This document shows, piece after piece, positions 1-8,164 of a DNA stretch of 64,000 bases. A program made the position numbers and the translations under genes. How positions within the stretch are numbered: position 1 is the stretch's first letter; each line of letters opens with the position of its first letter. The notes beneath the pieces are model-generated. The model did no database searches. It saw only the letters and a list, made by a program, of their open reading frames with translations, and was not told the origin of the DNA. The DNA is taken from NCBI RefSeq assembly GCF_944387805.1, contig NZ_CALXGI010000004.1, forward strand, positions 20,793-84,792, read 5' to 3'. The DNA is from an uncultured Pseudoflavonifractor sp. (lineage in GTDB: Bacteria > Bacillota > Clostridia > Oscillospirales > Oscillospiraceae).

Positions 1-653
1 TCCTCAATGTAGCCGTTCAGGTCGCCCAGCTTCATCTGCTGGCGGATAAAGTACTTGGCGCTGCGGCCAGCGATGAACCGGGTGACCAGCAACATGAAGC
101 ACACGCACAGCAGCACCACCAGGGTCAGCCACACGTTTTTGAACAGCATGGCGAAGAAGGTAACGGCGATCATGACCACAGAGTTGAACATCTGGGGGAT
201 GCTCTGAGAGAGCATCTGACGGAGGGTGTCCACGTCGTTGGTGTACACGCTCATCACGTCGCCGTGGGCATGGGTATCAAAGTACTTGATGGGCAGGGTC
301 TGCATGTGGCTGAACAGGTCGTCGCGGATGGTCTTCTGCACGCCCTGGGAGATGGCCACCATAATCCGGTTATAGGCCAGGGTGCACAGGGCGCCGGTGA
401 CGTACAGGCAGGCCATCATCAGCAGGGCCTGGAGAAGCGCGGTGTACACCGGGGTCTCCATGGTCAGCAGCGGGGCGATGTAGTCGTCGATGAGGGCCTG
501 GAGGAACAGAGAACCGCCCACAGAAGCGATGGCGCTGACCAGAATGCACAGCAGCACCAGGAAGAAGCGGAATTTGTAGCCGGCGAACACATAGCTGAGG
601 ATCCGGCCGGCGGTGTGGCGCTTGCCGGCGGAGGGCTGGGAATTCTTATTCAT
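1..653 (-). CDS. ABC exporter ATP-binding/permease subunit (N-terminal part; runs off the window start)
   Basis: Manually translated from ATG at 653: MNKNSQPSAGKRHTAGRILSYVFAGYKFRFFLVLLCILVS...YFDTHAHGDVMSVYTNDVDTL...KLGDLNGYIE, typical ABC_membrane TMD. Overlaps the stop of the upstream partner. Not in the ORF track. Confidence 0.9.
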   Translation of the reverse strand, partial: MNKNSQPSAGKRHTAGRILSYVFAGYKFRFFLVLLCILVSAIASVGGSLFLQALIDDYIAPLLTMETPVYTALLQALLMMACLYVTGALCTLAYNRIMVAISQGVQKTIRDDLFSHMQTLPIKYFDTHAHGDVMSVYTNDVDTLRQMLSQSIPQMFNSVVMIAVTFFAMLFKNVWLTLVVLLCVCFMLLVTRFIAGRSAKYFIRQQMKLGDLNGYIE

Positions 654-2379
654 CGTCGCCGCCTCCCTTCGTCTGGGACTCATAGATTTCACGGTATGTC
701 TGGCAGTTCTGAAGCAGCTCCTGATGGGTGCCCATAGCGCTGATTCTGCCGCCCTCCATCACCAGAATCTTGTCCGCGTCCTCAATGGAGGAGATGCGCT
801 GGGCGATGATGAACTTGGTAGTGTCGGGGATCTCGTTGCGGAAGGCCTGGCGGATCAGGGCGTCGGTCTTGGTATCCACGGCGGAGGTGGAGTCGTCCAG
901 AATGAGGATCTTGGGCCGCTTCAACAGGGCGCGGGCAATACACAGCCGCTGCTTCTGGCCGCCGGACACATTGGAGCCGCCCTGCTCAATGTGGGTATTG
1001 TACTTGTCGGGGAACTCCTGGATGAAGGGGTCGGCCTGGGCCAGACGGCACATATGGACCATCTCTTCGTCAGTGGCGTCGGCGTCGCCCCAGCGCAGGT
1101 TCTCCTTGATGCTGCCGGAGAAGAGCACGTTCTTCTGGAGCACCATGGCCACCTGCTGCCGCAGGGCCTCCATATCGTAGTCCCGGACGTCCACGCCGCC
1201 TACCAGCACCCGGCCCTCGGTGGCGTCGTACAGACGGGGGATGAGCTGGACCAGGGTGGTCTTGGAGGTGCCGGTGCCGCCCAGAATGCCCACAGTCTCG
1301 CCCGACTTAATGGTCAGGTTTACATCCTTCAGGCACTCCTTGGAGGGGTCGTTGGCATAGCTGAAGCTGACGTTCTCAAAGACCACGGAGCCGTCCTTCA
1401 CCTCAGTGACAGGGTTGGCGGGGTTCTTCAGGTCGCTCTCCTCGTTGAGCAGCTCGCAGATACGCTCGGCGGAGGCGCGGGCCAGAATAATCTGCACCAG
1501 AATCATGGAGCACATCATCAGGCTCATAAGGATCATCATAATGTAGCTGAACATGCTGGTCAGGTTGCCGGTGGTGATTTCGCCGCCCACCACCAGATGG
1601 GCGCCCAGCCAGGACACGGTCAGCATGCAGCCGTACACGCACAGCTGCATCAGAGGCGCGTTGAAGGAGATGAGCTTCTCGGCCTTGGTGAAGTCGGTAA
1701 AGATCTCGTTGGAGACGTTGCCGAACTTGGCCCGCTCATGGTCCTCACGGACAAAGGACTTAACCACCCGGATGCCCAGCAGGTTCTCCTGCACCACGTT
1801 GTTGAGCCAGTCGTACTTTTTGAACACCCGCTCGAAGATGGGGTGAGCGCTGGTCATGATGAAGTACAGGCCCAGCGCCAGAATGGGAATGACCACCAGG
1901 AAGATAAGGGCCAGCTTGGGGCTGATGGTGAAGGTAAGGGCCCAGGCGCAGATGAGCATGATGGGGCAGCGCACAGCGATGCGGATGATCATCATGAAGG
2001 CCATCTGCACGTTGGTCACGTCGGTGGTCAGGCGGGTGATGATGCCGCCGGTGGAGAATTTGTCAATGTTGGAGAAGGAGAACTGCTGTACGTTATGATA
2101 CATCTCCCGGCGCAGGTTGCGGGAGAAGCCGGTGGAGGCCTTTGCGGCAAACCGGCCGGACAGGGCGCCGAAAATCAGGGCTACAACGGCCATAACCACC
2201 AGCAGCAGGCCATAAAGCAGGATATTTGTCATGTTTCCGGCCTCAATGCCCTTATCAATGAGCTGGGCCATCATCATGGGGATTAGGACATCAAAGGCCA
2301 CCTCAAAGATAACGAAGATGGGGGTCAAAATGGTGTCCCGTTTGTACTCCTGAATACAGGCGATCAGACGTTTGATCAT
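646..2379 (-). CDS. ABC exporter ATP-binding/permease subunit (multidrug/lipid type, heterodimer partner)
   Basis: TMD plus NBD with Walker A GGTGTSKT, signature VSGGQKQR, Walker B LILDD; start set at ATG 2379 after AAGGAG. Confidence 0.93.
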   Translation of the reverse strand: MIKRLIACIQEYKRDTILTPIFVIFEVAFDVLIPMMMAQLIDKGIEAGNMTNILLYGLLLVVMAVVALIFGALSGRFAAKASTGFSRNLRREMYHNVQQFSFSNIDKFSTGGIITRLTTDVTNVQMAFMMIIRIAVRCPIMLICAWALTFTISPKLALIFLVVIPILALGLYFIMTSAHPIFERVFKKYDWLNNVVQENLLGIRVVKSFVREDHERAKFGNVSNEIFTDFTKAEKLISFNAPLMQLCVYGCMLTVSWLGAHLVVGGEITTGNLTSMFSYIMMILMSLMMCSMILVQIILARASAERICELLNEESDLKNPANPVTEVKDGSVVFENVSFSYANDPSKECLKDVNLTIKSGETVGILGGTGTSKTTLVQLIPRLYDATEGRVLVGGVDVRDYDMEALRQQVAMVLQKNVLFSGSIKENLRWGDADATDEEMVHMCRLAQADPFIQEFPDKYNTHIEQGGSNVSGGQKQRLCIARALLKRPKILILDDSTSAVDTKTDALIRQAFRNEIPDTTKFIIAQRISSIEDADKILVMEGGRISAMGTHQELLQNCQTYREIYESQTKGGGDDE

Positions 2380-2445
2380 GAAATCGCTCCTTTGCACTTG
2401 GAATCGTGGGGATATAGGGGCCGGGCGGGCAGCCGCCTTGAGAAA

Positions 2446-2823
2446 CTATTTCAGCAGATTGCGCTGAATTTTCCGCGCTGTGGCAATAAACTGTTCCAGT
2501 TCCTCCTCTGCCAGGCCGGCAGTCATGAGCTTCTCGGCAATTTGAAACTTCTCCGCAATATCCGCATGGACAGCCAGGGCCTTTTCCGTTGGGATCAGCT
2601 TTTTCAGCCGCGCGTCCTGGGGAACGCTCTGACGGACGAGCATGCCGTCCCGCTCCAGGTTCTGGAGAAAGCGGGAGGCGGTGGAACGGCGGATACAGAA
2701 TGCCTCCTCCACATCTCGCTGGTAGAGCGCCCGGTCCGGATAATCACAGAGAAAACCCATGATGAGACACTCGGTTTCTGTGCTGCCGTGGCGCTCGTCC
2801 GATGGAGGCGACAGTTCCATCAT
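2446..2823 (-). CDS. MarR family transcriptional regulator
   Basis: wHTH pattern LYQRDVEEAFCIRRSTASRFLQNLERDGMLVR...DARLKKL; leads the ABC pair. Confidence 0.9.
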   Translation of the reverse strand: MMELSPPSDERHGSTETECLIMGFLCDYPDRALYQRDVEEAFCIRRSTASRFLQNLERDGMLVRQSVPQDARLKKLIPTEKALAVHADIAEKFQIAEKLMTAGLAEEELEQFIATARKIQRNLLK

Positions 2824-2912
2824 CTTTCTCCTGAGCAGGTTGGACAGGCTGCGGATGAGAAAGCCAACGGAATTTTGGCGTTGTATGGCGATCGCCCCCC
2901 CCCCTCACTTTA

Positions 2913-2957
2913 GTTAGATAGCTAACATATTATAGTGAGATAAAAAATGGATGTCAA
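2913..2957 (-). promoter_or_regulatory. SigA promoter (TTGACA-N17-TATAAT) with a downstream 14-bp palindrome GTTAG-N4-CTAAC, likely MarR operator
   Basis: -35 at 2952-2957, -10 at 2929-2934, palindrome at 2913-2926. Confidence 0.8.
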
Positions 2958-3186
2958 TAGGGAAAATAGAAATTTGCTTTTTCGCAAAAAGTAAGAGGAA
3001 AGAACGTGAAAAAATAGACATAAATTTAAAATATCATAAGATGCGGGAAACAATTGCCGGAGGGCAAAGTTTTCCGGGGAAGGGGAATTGCAATCGGCGG
3101 AGGGACGTGCTAACATGTAAGCTAACAGGAAAATGCCTGCCGGGGGACCGGCAGGCAGGGGAGAAATGAAGTCCAGGTGATGAAGG

Positions 3187-4032
3187 GTGAAATATTTTTA
3201 TGGGGCCAGAAAGCGGGGGCCCTATTTTGAAGGCTGGCAGCTGCGGCACCAGGCGCCCGGCGGGGAGACGCTGTCGCTCTTCCCCATGCTGCGCATTGAC
3301 AGGGCGGGGGGAACCACAGCCGCCATCCGGGTGGAGTCCCGGGAGGGCGCGTGGGACGTCAGCTGCCCGGGAGAGAGTTTTCAGGCCTCTGAGGGGCTGT
3401 TTCAGGTGTGGGTGAAGGGCAGCCTCTTCAATCGGAAGGGGCTGTGGCTGGACCTGCGGACCGGAGGCATGACTCTCTGCGGCGAACTGCGGTACGGACC
3501 TTTTACGCCGCTGAAGTATGATTTGATGGGGCCGCTGGGGGCGCTACCTGTCTTTCCGGTGCGCCGGGGGGTCATCAGCATGGGACACCGGCTGGAGGGG
3601 GTCCTGCTGCTCAATGGACGGCGGATTGATTTTACCGGCGGCACCGGATTTATCGAGACGTTCCGGGGCACGGAGCGGCCCATGGCTTCACTGTGGAGCC
3701 AGAGCATCTGGCGGGAAGAGCGGAGCAACAGCATCCTGGTCAGCGTAGAGCGGATGTCCACCCTGGCGGGTCCACGCGTCAGCTGCCTGTGCGCGGTGCT
3801 TTACGGCGGGCGGGAGTACCGCCTGGTCACCTACCGGGGCGCCAGCGTGGAGCACTGGTCGGCGGAAGGGGTCATTGTCCGCCAGGGCGGGCTCTGCCTG
3901 GCCGTAAGGCCGGAGGGCGAGGGGGAGCATCCCCCGGTCCGCTACCAGCTCTGGGAGGGGGAGCGCCAGCTCTTTGACCACCTGGACCCCTGGGCGGGCT
4001 ATCACTGCATAGAAGGGAAAAAGGACGGCTGA
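3187..4032 (+). CDS. Tocopherol-cyclase-like protein, divergent
   Basis: YFEGW, DLMGP, GVISMGH and WSQ segments resemble the clostridial tocopherol cyclase-like family; GTG start. Confidence 0.55.
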   Translation: MKYFYGARKRGPYFEGWQLRHQAPGGETLSLFPMLRIDRAGGTTAAIRVESREGAWDVSCPGESFQASEGLFQVWVKGSLFNRKGLWLDLRTGGMTLCGELRYGPFTPLKYDLMGPLGALPVFPVRRGVISMGHRLEGVLLLNGRRIDFTGGTGFIETFRGTERPMASLWSQSIWREERSNSILVSVERMSTLAGPRVSCLCAVLYGGREYRLVTYRGASVEHWSAEGVIVRQGGLCLAVRPEGEGEHPPVRYQLWEGERQLFDHLDPWAGYHCIEGKKDG

Positions 4033-4086
4033 AGAACGGAAAATAAGGGAGGCATGGCGCCGGACGGCACATGCCTCCCTTATCTC

Positions 4087-4770
4087 TTACTGCTTGAATT
4101 TTTCCAGCAGCCAGGCCTCCCACCGGTCGCCGTACTTCATGGCAACCAGAAACAGGGCCAGACCGGCCAGGCCAATGAGTACCATAGCCCAGATGGGAAT
4201 AGAGATGACCGAGCCGCCCACGGCCGAGGCCACCAGCAGCCCCCAGGGCCGGGTGAGGACCACAATCACCAGAAAACGGGAGAAACTGATGTCGGTCAAA
4301 CCCGCCAGGATGCAAATCAGGTCGTCGGGGAAAAAGGGAAAGAGAAAGACCAGCGCCAGAAATACGTCCCTCTTGCGGCGGATCAGGTCCAGGTATTGGT
4401 CGGACACCTTCTGACTGACAAAGCGGCCCGCGAAGGACTGCCCCAGTATCCGGGCCAGCCAGAATACCGCCGCGGAGCCCAGCACCACCGCCCCTGCGGT
4501 GAGCAGAAAGGCGGGCCACATGCCGAAGAGCAGGGCGCCCCCTGCGGCGGTGATATTGCTGGGAATAGGCGCAATGACCACCGAAGCCAGCTGGACCAGG
4601 AAAAAGACCAGGTGGGAGTAGGGAGAGAAACGGGCGATATAGTCCTGAATGCCCTCCAGGGATTTTGCAGCGGCGAAAAAGCCGGTGTTCCAGAGAAAGA
4701 GAAAAATACCGCCCAGGACTAAAATAGTGAGAACCAGCGTGGCAATCCACTTGCGATTTCTTTTTTTCAT
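4087..4770 (-). CDS. TVP38/TMEM64 (DedA/VTT) family membrane protein
   Basis: VIAPIP...GGALLFG...FLFPFFPDDLICILAGLT motifs; start set at ATG 4770. Confidence 0.85.
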   Translation of the reverse strand: MKKRNRKWIATLVLTILVLGGIFLFLWNTGFFAAAKSLEGIQDYIARFSPYSHLVFFLVQLASVVIAPIPSNITAAGGALLFGMWPAFLLTAGAVVLGSAAVFWLARILGQSFAGRFVSQKVSDQYLDLIRRKRDVFLALVFLFPFFPDDLICILAGLTDISFSRFLVIVVLTRPWGLLVASAVGGSVISIPIWAMVLIGLAGLALFLVAMKYGDRWEAWLLEKFKQ

Positions 4771-4998
4771 ATGACAAGCCCCTTGTCTTATATTGCCGCA
4801 ATGGGCGCCGGATGGCTGCGTACGGCCATATCCGACACACATTACCATAAGGCTACCACAGAGGAGGCGAAGATGCCATAGAGAAATGGTTAAGATTGTT
4901 TAAATAAAATCAAAAAACCAGGGCATGCGGGAAGCTGAAACCTGTGGAAGCGGGGAATAAAAAATAGGCGGCCCCGGACAAAACCGGAGACCGCCGAA

Positions 4999-5030
4999 TA
5001 AACAAAAAGCCACACCATGGTCGGGTGTGG
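4999..5030 (-). terminator. Intrinsic terminator (CCACACC/GGTGTGG + U tract); a second hairpin with a U tract lies at ~4956-4995
   Basis: Inverted repeat at 5010-5016/5024-5030 followed by TTTTTGTTT on the minus strand. Confidence 0.6.
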
Positions 5031-5062
5031 AACTTCTGTACAGCACGGTATGTATGTCGAGT

Positions 5063-5146
5063 TTATCGATCGCTGACGATAACCTGTTCATCGCCGCCAA
5101 AAATCAATTCGTCGACATCCGTACTCTGGATGTCAGTCCACGTCAT
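5063..5146 (-). CDS. Putative 27-aa acidic small protein MTWTDIQSTDVDELIFGGDEQVIVSDR
   Basis: ATG at 5146 preceded by GAGAGGGGGTTGAGG; TAA at 5063-5065; own promoter and terminator. Confidence 0.4.
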   Translation of the reverse strand: MTWTDIQSTDVDELIFGGDEQVIVSDR

Positions 5147-5178
5147 GGCCTCAACCCCCTCTCTAATTTGTTAACTTT

Positions 5179-5207
5179 ATTATACTGCGGTTACAGTTAA
5201 GAAACAA
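5179..5207 (-). promoter_or_regulatory. SigA promoter TTGTTT-N17-TATAAT driving the 5.0-5.17 kb unit
   Basis: -35 at 5202-5207, -10 at 5179-5184. Confidence 0.65.
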
Positions 5208-5276
5208 GAGACAATTGTAGAAAATAGATAAACAAATTGTAAATAAATTATGTATTTTTGTGTTGTAAAAAAATTC

Positions 5277-5305
5277 TTGCTATTTTTAGTTCTGTGTGCT
5301 ATACT
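5277..5305 (+). promoter_or_regulatory. tRNA-Gly promoter TTGCTA-N17-TATACT with extended TG
   Basis: -35 at 5277-5282, TG at 5297-5298, -10 at 5300-5305. Confidence 0.7.
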
Positions 5306-5324
5306 ATCAAAGTCAATTTCAGAT

Positions 5325-5398
5325 GCAGGTGTAGTTCAATGGCAGAACGTCAGCTTCCCAAGCTGAACACGAGGGTTCGATTCCCTTCACCTGCTCCA
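5325..5398 (+). tRNA. tRNA-Gly (CCC)
   Basis: Cloverleaf: acceptor GCAGGTG/CACCTGC, anticodon arm TCAGC-TTCCCAA-GCTGA, T-loop GGTTCGATTCC, encoded CCA. Confidence 0.98.
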
Positions 5399-5662
5399 CG
5401 TCGGAGCAAGCTTTGTATCGCTTGCTCCGACTTATTTTATCAGTCAGAGCGCGCTCACGCCGCTGCTCCTCCTTTCCAAACCGCAACCGCTCACGCTGGG
5501 CTGCGGGCTTGGGGCCGCCGCTTCGCGGCGGTTTTGCTTTTTCCTTGGAAAATATCGATTTTAACCGTCTCTTCCAGAATAAAAGGCAACTGCGAAAGCA
5601 GTTGACTTTTATTCTGGGTTCCGCCGCCCAGAGGGCGGCTCCACCCTTCGGGATTTCAATGC
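5399..5662 (+). repeat. tRNA 3'-abutting multi-hairpin element, copy A
   Basis: Colinear homolog of 28609-28880 (reverse strand); shares identical 11-, 16-, 18- and 12-nt blocks and five hairpins. Confidence 0.85.
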
Positions 5663-5878
5663 TCAGGGCGGCAAAGCCGCCCTTCCGCCTGTTGGCAAAA
5701 ATCCAGGAACATGCGGGAAGGTATTGTATAATAAAACCATAAAAGGAGAAATGATATAGATTTTTCCAGCGCCTTGTGTTATACTTTTCGCAAAGAAACA
5801 GGGCGACGAACAAGAAATTGAGGAAAAAAAGATGGACGATAAAAATAAAATGGGTTCAGTTTTTAAGGAGGCGTAGGC

Positions 5879-6088
5879 ATGAAATATGTTATTAGGATCA
5901 TTCAGATTTCTACACTTTTAGGCGGAGCAGAATTTGTGGCATTACTACTTTTGGGGGATTTAACAGAAAGCGTAAAGCCAGTGGTATTAGGGGCAGTACT
6001 TGCCAGCCTGATTATATCTGGAGTACTTGGTATAATTGACCGGAAATTTGTAAGCACAAGAAACAAAGTTTCGGGCGCTTTATCTTGA
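5879..6088 (+). CDS. Small AT-rich two-TM hypothetical protein
   Basis: AAGGAGG RBS, two hydrophobic stretches, many A/T-ending codons unlike its neighbours. Confidence 0.6.
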   Translation: MKYVIRIIQISTLLGGAEFVALLLLGDLTESVKPVVLGAVLASLIISGVLGIIDRKFVSTRNKVSGALS

Positions 6089-6262
6089 CAGTATTGAAAG
6101 ATACTTTAGGGAACATCAGCCGGCACAATAATTACCGATTACCATTTATATTCTGTAATCTACTGTAAAAGTGAAATAATCTGTCAAAAGGGCAGTTGGA
6201 ATGTGTCCGGCTGCCCTTTTTCCATGCCTTCCATGCCGACAAGCAGAAAGGAGTAACCGGCT

Positions 6263-6313
6263 ATGACGAAACGGAAGGAGAAAACCCGCGAGGAATTGAC
6301 TTTCAAGGCTTGA
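6263..6313 (+). pseudogene. Truncated N-terminus of a DUF3847-like mobile-element gene (MTKRKEKTREELTFKA*)
   Basis: Strong RBS AGAAAGGAG; the KEKTREEL start resembles DUF3847 proteins of clostridial mobilisable elements (from memory); stops after 16 codons. Confidence 0.4.
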
Positions 6314-6421
6314 GGTGGGGCATCACATGCCCCAGATGAATATTCCTACATCGAATTTTGAATTTTAGTCTCCGGGAACACAAAAGGGAATTGGAAGTTA
6401 TACAAAAAGTGGAGAACTTCC

Positions 6422-6450
6422 TTGTAAAGCGCGGGATCCTGCGCTATAAT
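6422..6450 (+). promoter_or_regulatory. SigA promoter TTGTAA-N17-TATAAT for the sepF-like gene
   Basis: -35 at 6422-6427, -10 at 6445-6450. Confidence 0.7.
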
Positions 6451-6477
6451 GTAGAAAAACGCCAGGGAGGGAAAAGC

Positions 6478-6897
6478 ATGGGAATCTGGAACAAGGTGCG
6501 GGCGCGTATCCTGGGCGAGAGCTGGGAAGCGCCGGACGGTGCGGTGGAGAAGGATCCGCCGGAGAACAAGAAGCCGGGCCAGGGCTTTTCCCCGGCTGAC
6601 GACACGGGCGTAGGCAAGGTCATGGTGCTGACCCCCGGCAAGTATGTGGACGCGGGCAAGATTGCCGACTGCCTGCTGGACGGCTATGCGGTGGCGGTCA
6701 ATCTGGAGAGCGCCTCCCGGGAGGCGGCCCGGCGCATTGTGGACTTTCTCAGCGGCGCGGCCTACGGCCGGGACGGGCAGATGGTTCAGATTGGATACAG
6801 CGCCTATTTGCTCCTGCCCGCAGGAGCCAGGCTGCTGGACGGCGAGGAAGAAAAGGACCCGGACGGCTTTGACTTTGAGGACGCCCAGGGCTTTTGA
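6478..6897 (+). CDS. sepF: SepF family protein (stand-alone)
   Basis: KIADCLLDGYAVAVNLE...ARRIVDFLSGAAYG...YLLLP is the SepF core; ATG at 6478 after GGAGG. Confidence 0.8.
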   Translation: MGIWNKVRARILGESWEAPDGAVEKDPPENKKPGQGFSPADDTGVGKVMVLTPGKYVDAGKIADCLLDGYAVAVNLESASREAARRIVDFLSGAAYGRDGQMVQIGYSAYLLLPAGARLLDGEEEKDPDGFDFEDAQGF

Positions 6898-6909
6898 CAA
6901 CAGAGAACA

Positions 6910-6940
6910 GAAGAGGACCGGCCGCTGGCCGGTCCTCTTC
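6910..6940. terminator. Bidirectional hairpin terminator between convergent genes
   Basis: 14-bp perfect stem GAAGAGGACCGGCC/GGCCGGTCCTCTTC. Confidence 0.75.
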
Positions 6941-6954
6941 TTTCTGTATCGGCT

Positions 6955-8085
6955 TTATTCAAACGTCACCTGAGCGTCCAGGGGAACAATGTTCACATAG
7001 GTTTTGCCCCGGCCAAAGACGATGGGGTTGCCCTCCAGGTCGGTGTAGTAGAGCTGCCCGTCGGGCTCGGACTTGCTCCACACCAGGTCCGTGACCTTTC
7101 CGCCGCAGGCAAAGTACCCTGTGCCACCGCTGGACAGGTCCACGGAGACATGGCCGTAGGAGTCGCCGGTGTTGCGGCAGGCGGTGCGCAGCACCACCAC
7201 GTTGGTCACGCCCACCTGTTCGCCGGTGTTGCCGTCGATGTAGGGCGCGCCGTACTCGGAGACCAGGTAGCGCTTGGTCTCCGGGTCGTAGGTAAATACG
7301 CCGGTCTTGTAGTTGGAGAAGGGCACCGTGATGACGGGGGCGTCGGTGCCGCCGGCGGGGGTGCCGTCGTCGGCAAAGTCCATCTGGTAGCTCCAGCCCT
7401 CCTCGTGCTCCTGCCGGAAGGAGGCGGCGGAGAAGATCTCGTCAATCTTCGCGCCGGTGGTGATGACGCTGTGGACGTACCCGTTGGTGGACTTCCGGCC
7501 CGGGTCACGCCACATCAGATTGCCGCCCTCGCTGTTGCTCATGTAGGGGCCACGGACGGCGTCCAGGGAGGTGACGCCCCAGGCTCTGATTTTGCCGTAG
7601 GCGTCCTCCACACCGGCCACATCACTGCCGCCCGCGTGGATGAGGATGGCGTCATGGCCCAGGGCCAGCTCCAGGTAGTAGGTGCGGGTGGAGCGGACCG
7701 AGCCGATGACTCCCACATCCCGGGGGTTCTGGTACACGCTCATCATGCGGGTGATACCGCCCTCCTCCAGGCACTCGTAGATGATATCCGCCTCGGACTG
7801 GCCCTGCTGGGGCAGCGCCTGCTCCAGATTGTTGAGCATGATGGCCACCGGGCGCTTGTTCACCCACTCCTCCTCCATGGGCTCGCCGGTGAGGGGGTTG
7901 CGGGGACCGGTGTACTCGGGCTCCGCCGTCTCAGTGGGGGTGGGGGAGGGCTCGGGAGCCTCGGTTCTGGCGGGCAGGGTGGGGATGTCCGGGGGCGTGG
8001 GGGTGACCTCCGCCGTCTTGGAGCCGCAGGCGGAGAGCAGAAGCAGCAGGGACAGACAGAGAGGGAGCATCCGGCGCAGTCGCAT
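6955..8085 (-). CDS. DUF3048 (YerB-like) lipoprotein
   Basis: Lipobox LLLLSAC, Pro/Thr linker, RPVAIMLNN...ADIIYE..EGGITRM and GSVRSTR motifs. Confidence 0.85.
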   Translation of the reverse strand: MRLRRMLPLCLSLLLLLSACGSKTAEVTPTPPDIPTLPARTEAPEPSPTPTETAEPEYTGPRNPLTGEPMEEEWVNKRPVAIMLNNLEQALPQQGQSEADIIYECLEEGGITRMMSVYQNPRDVGVIGSVRSTRTYYLELALGHDAILIHAGGSDVAGVEDAYGKIRAWGVTSLDAVRGPYMSNSEGGNLMWRDPGRKSTNGYVHSVITTGAKIDEIFSAASFRQEHEEGWSYQMDFADDGTPAGGTDAPVITVPFSNYKTGVFTYDPETKRYLVSEYGAPYIDGNTGEQVGVTNVVVLRTACRNTGDSYGHVSVDLSSGGTGYFACGGKVTDLVWSKSEPDGQLYYTDLEGNPIVFGRGKTYVNIVPLDAQVTFE

Positions 8086-8164
8086 GGCATGGGCCTCCGT
8101 TCGTCAAGATTCTGTTTTTATAGTACCTGGCGGCGCTGCCGGTGTCAAGGGCGGAGCGGGTAGA

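Larger units (their letters stand above)
4999..5175 (-). ncRNA. Candidate ~175-nt rod-shaped structured RNA (6S-like architecture)
   Basis: Bounded by its own promoter and terminator; nested pairings found by eye run along the whole length. Conserved 6S sequence blocks were not recognised. Confidence 0.4.

Noticed and set aside
3055-3135. GGCAAA...GCAA...CTAA pattern suggesting a c-di-GMP-I riboswitch
   Set aside because: The GACGCAAAGC core and proper P2/P3 pairing are missing.
5550-5625. Integron attC interpretation of the tRNA-linked element
   Set aside because: No proper RYYYAAC...GTTRRRY pair and no integrase in the window.
5319-5813. ORFs 5258-5605, 5319-5813, 5413-5742 and their counterparts 28394-28861, 28694-29113, 28755-28961
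   Set aside because: They run through tRNA genes and the repeated hairpin element; their mutual similarity comes from the non-coding repeat and frames are not conserved between copies.
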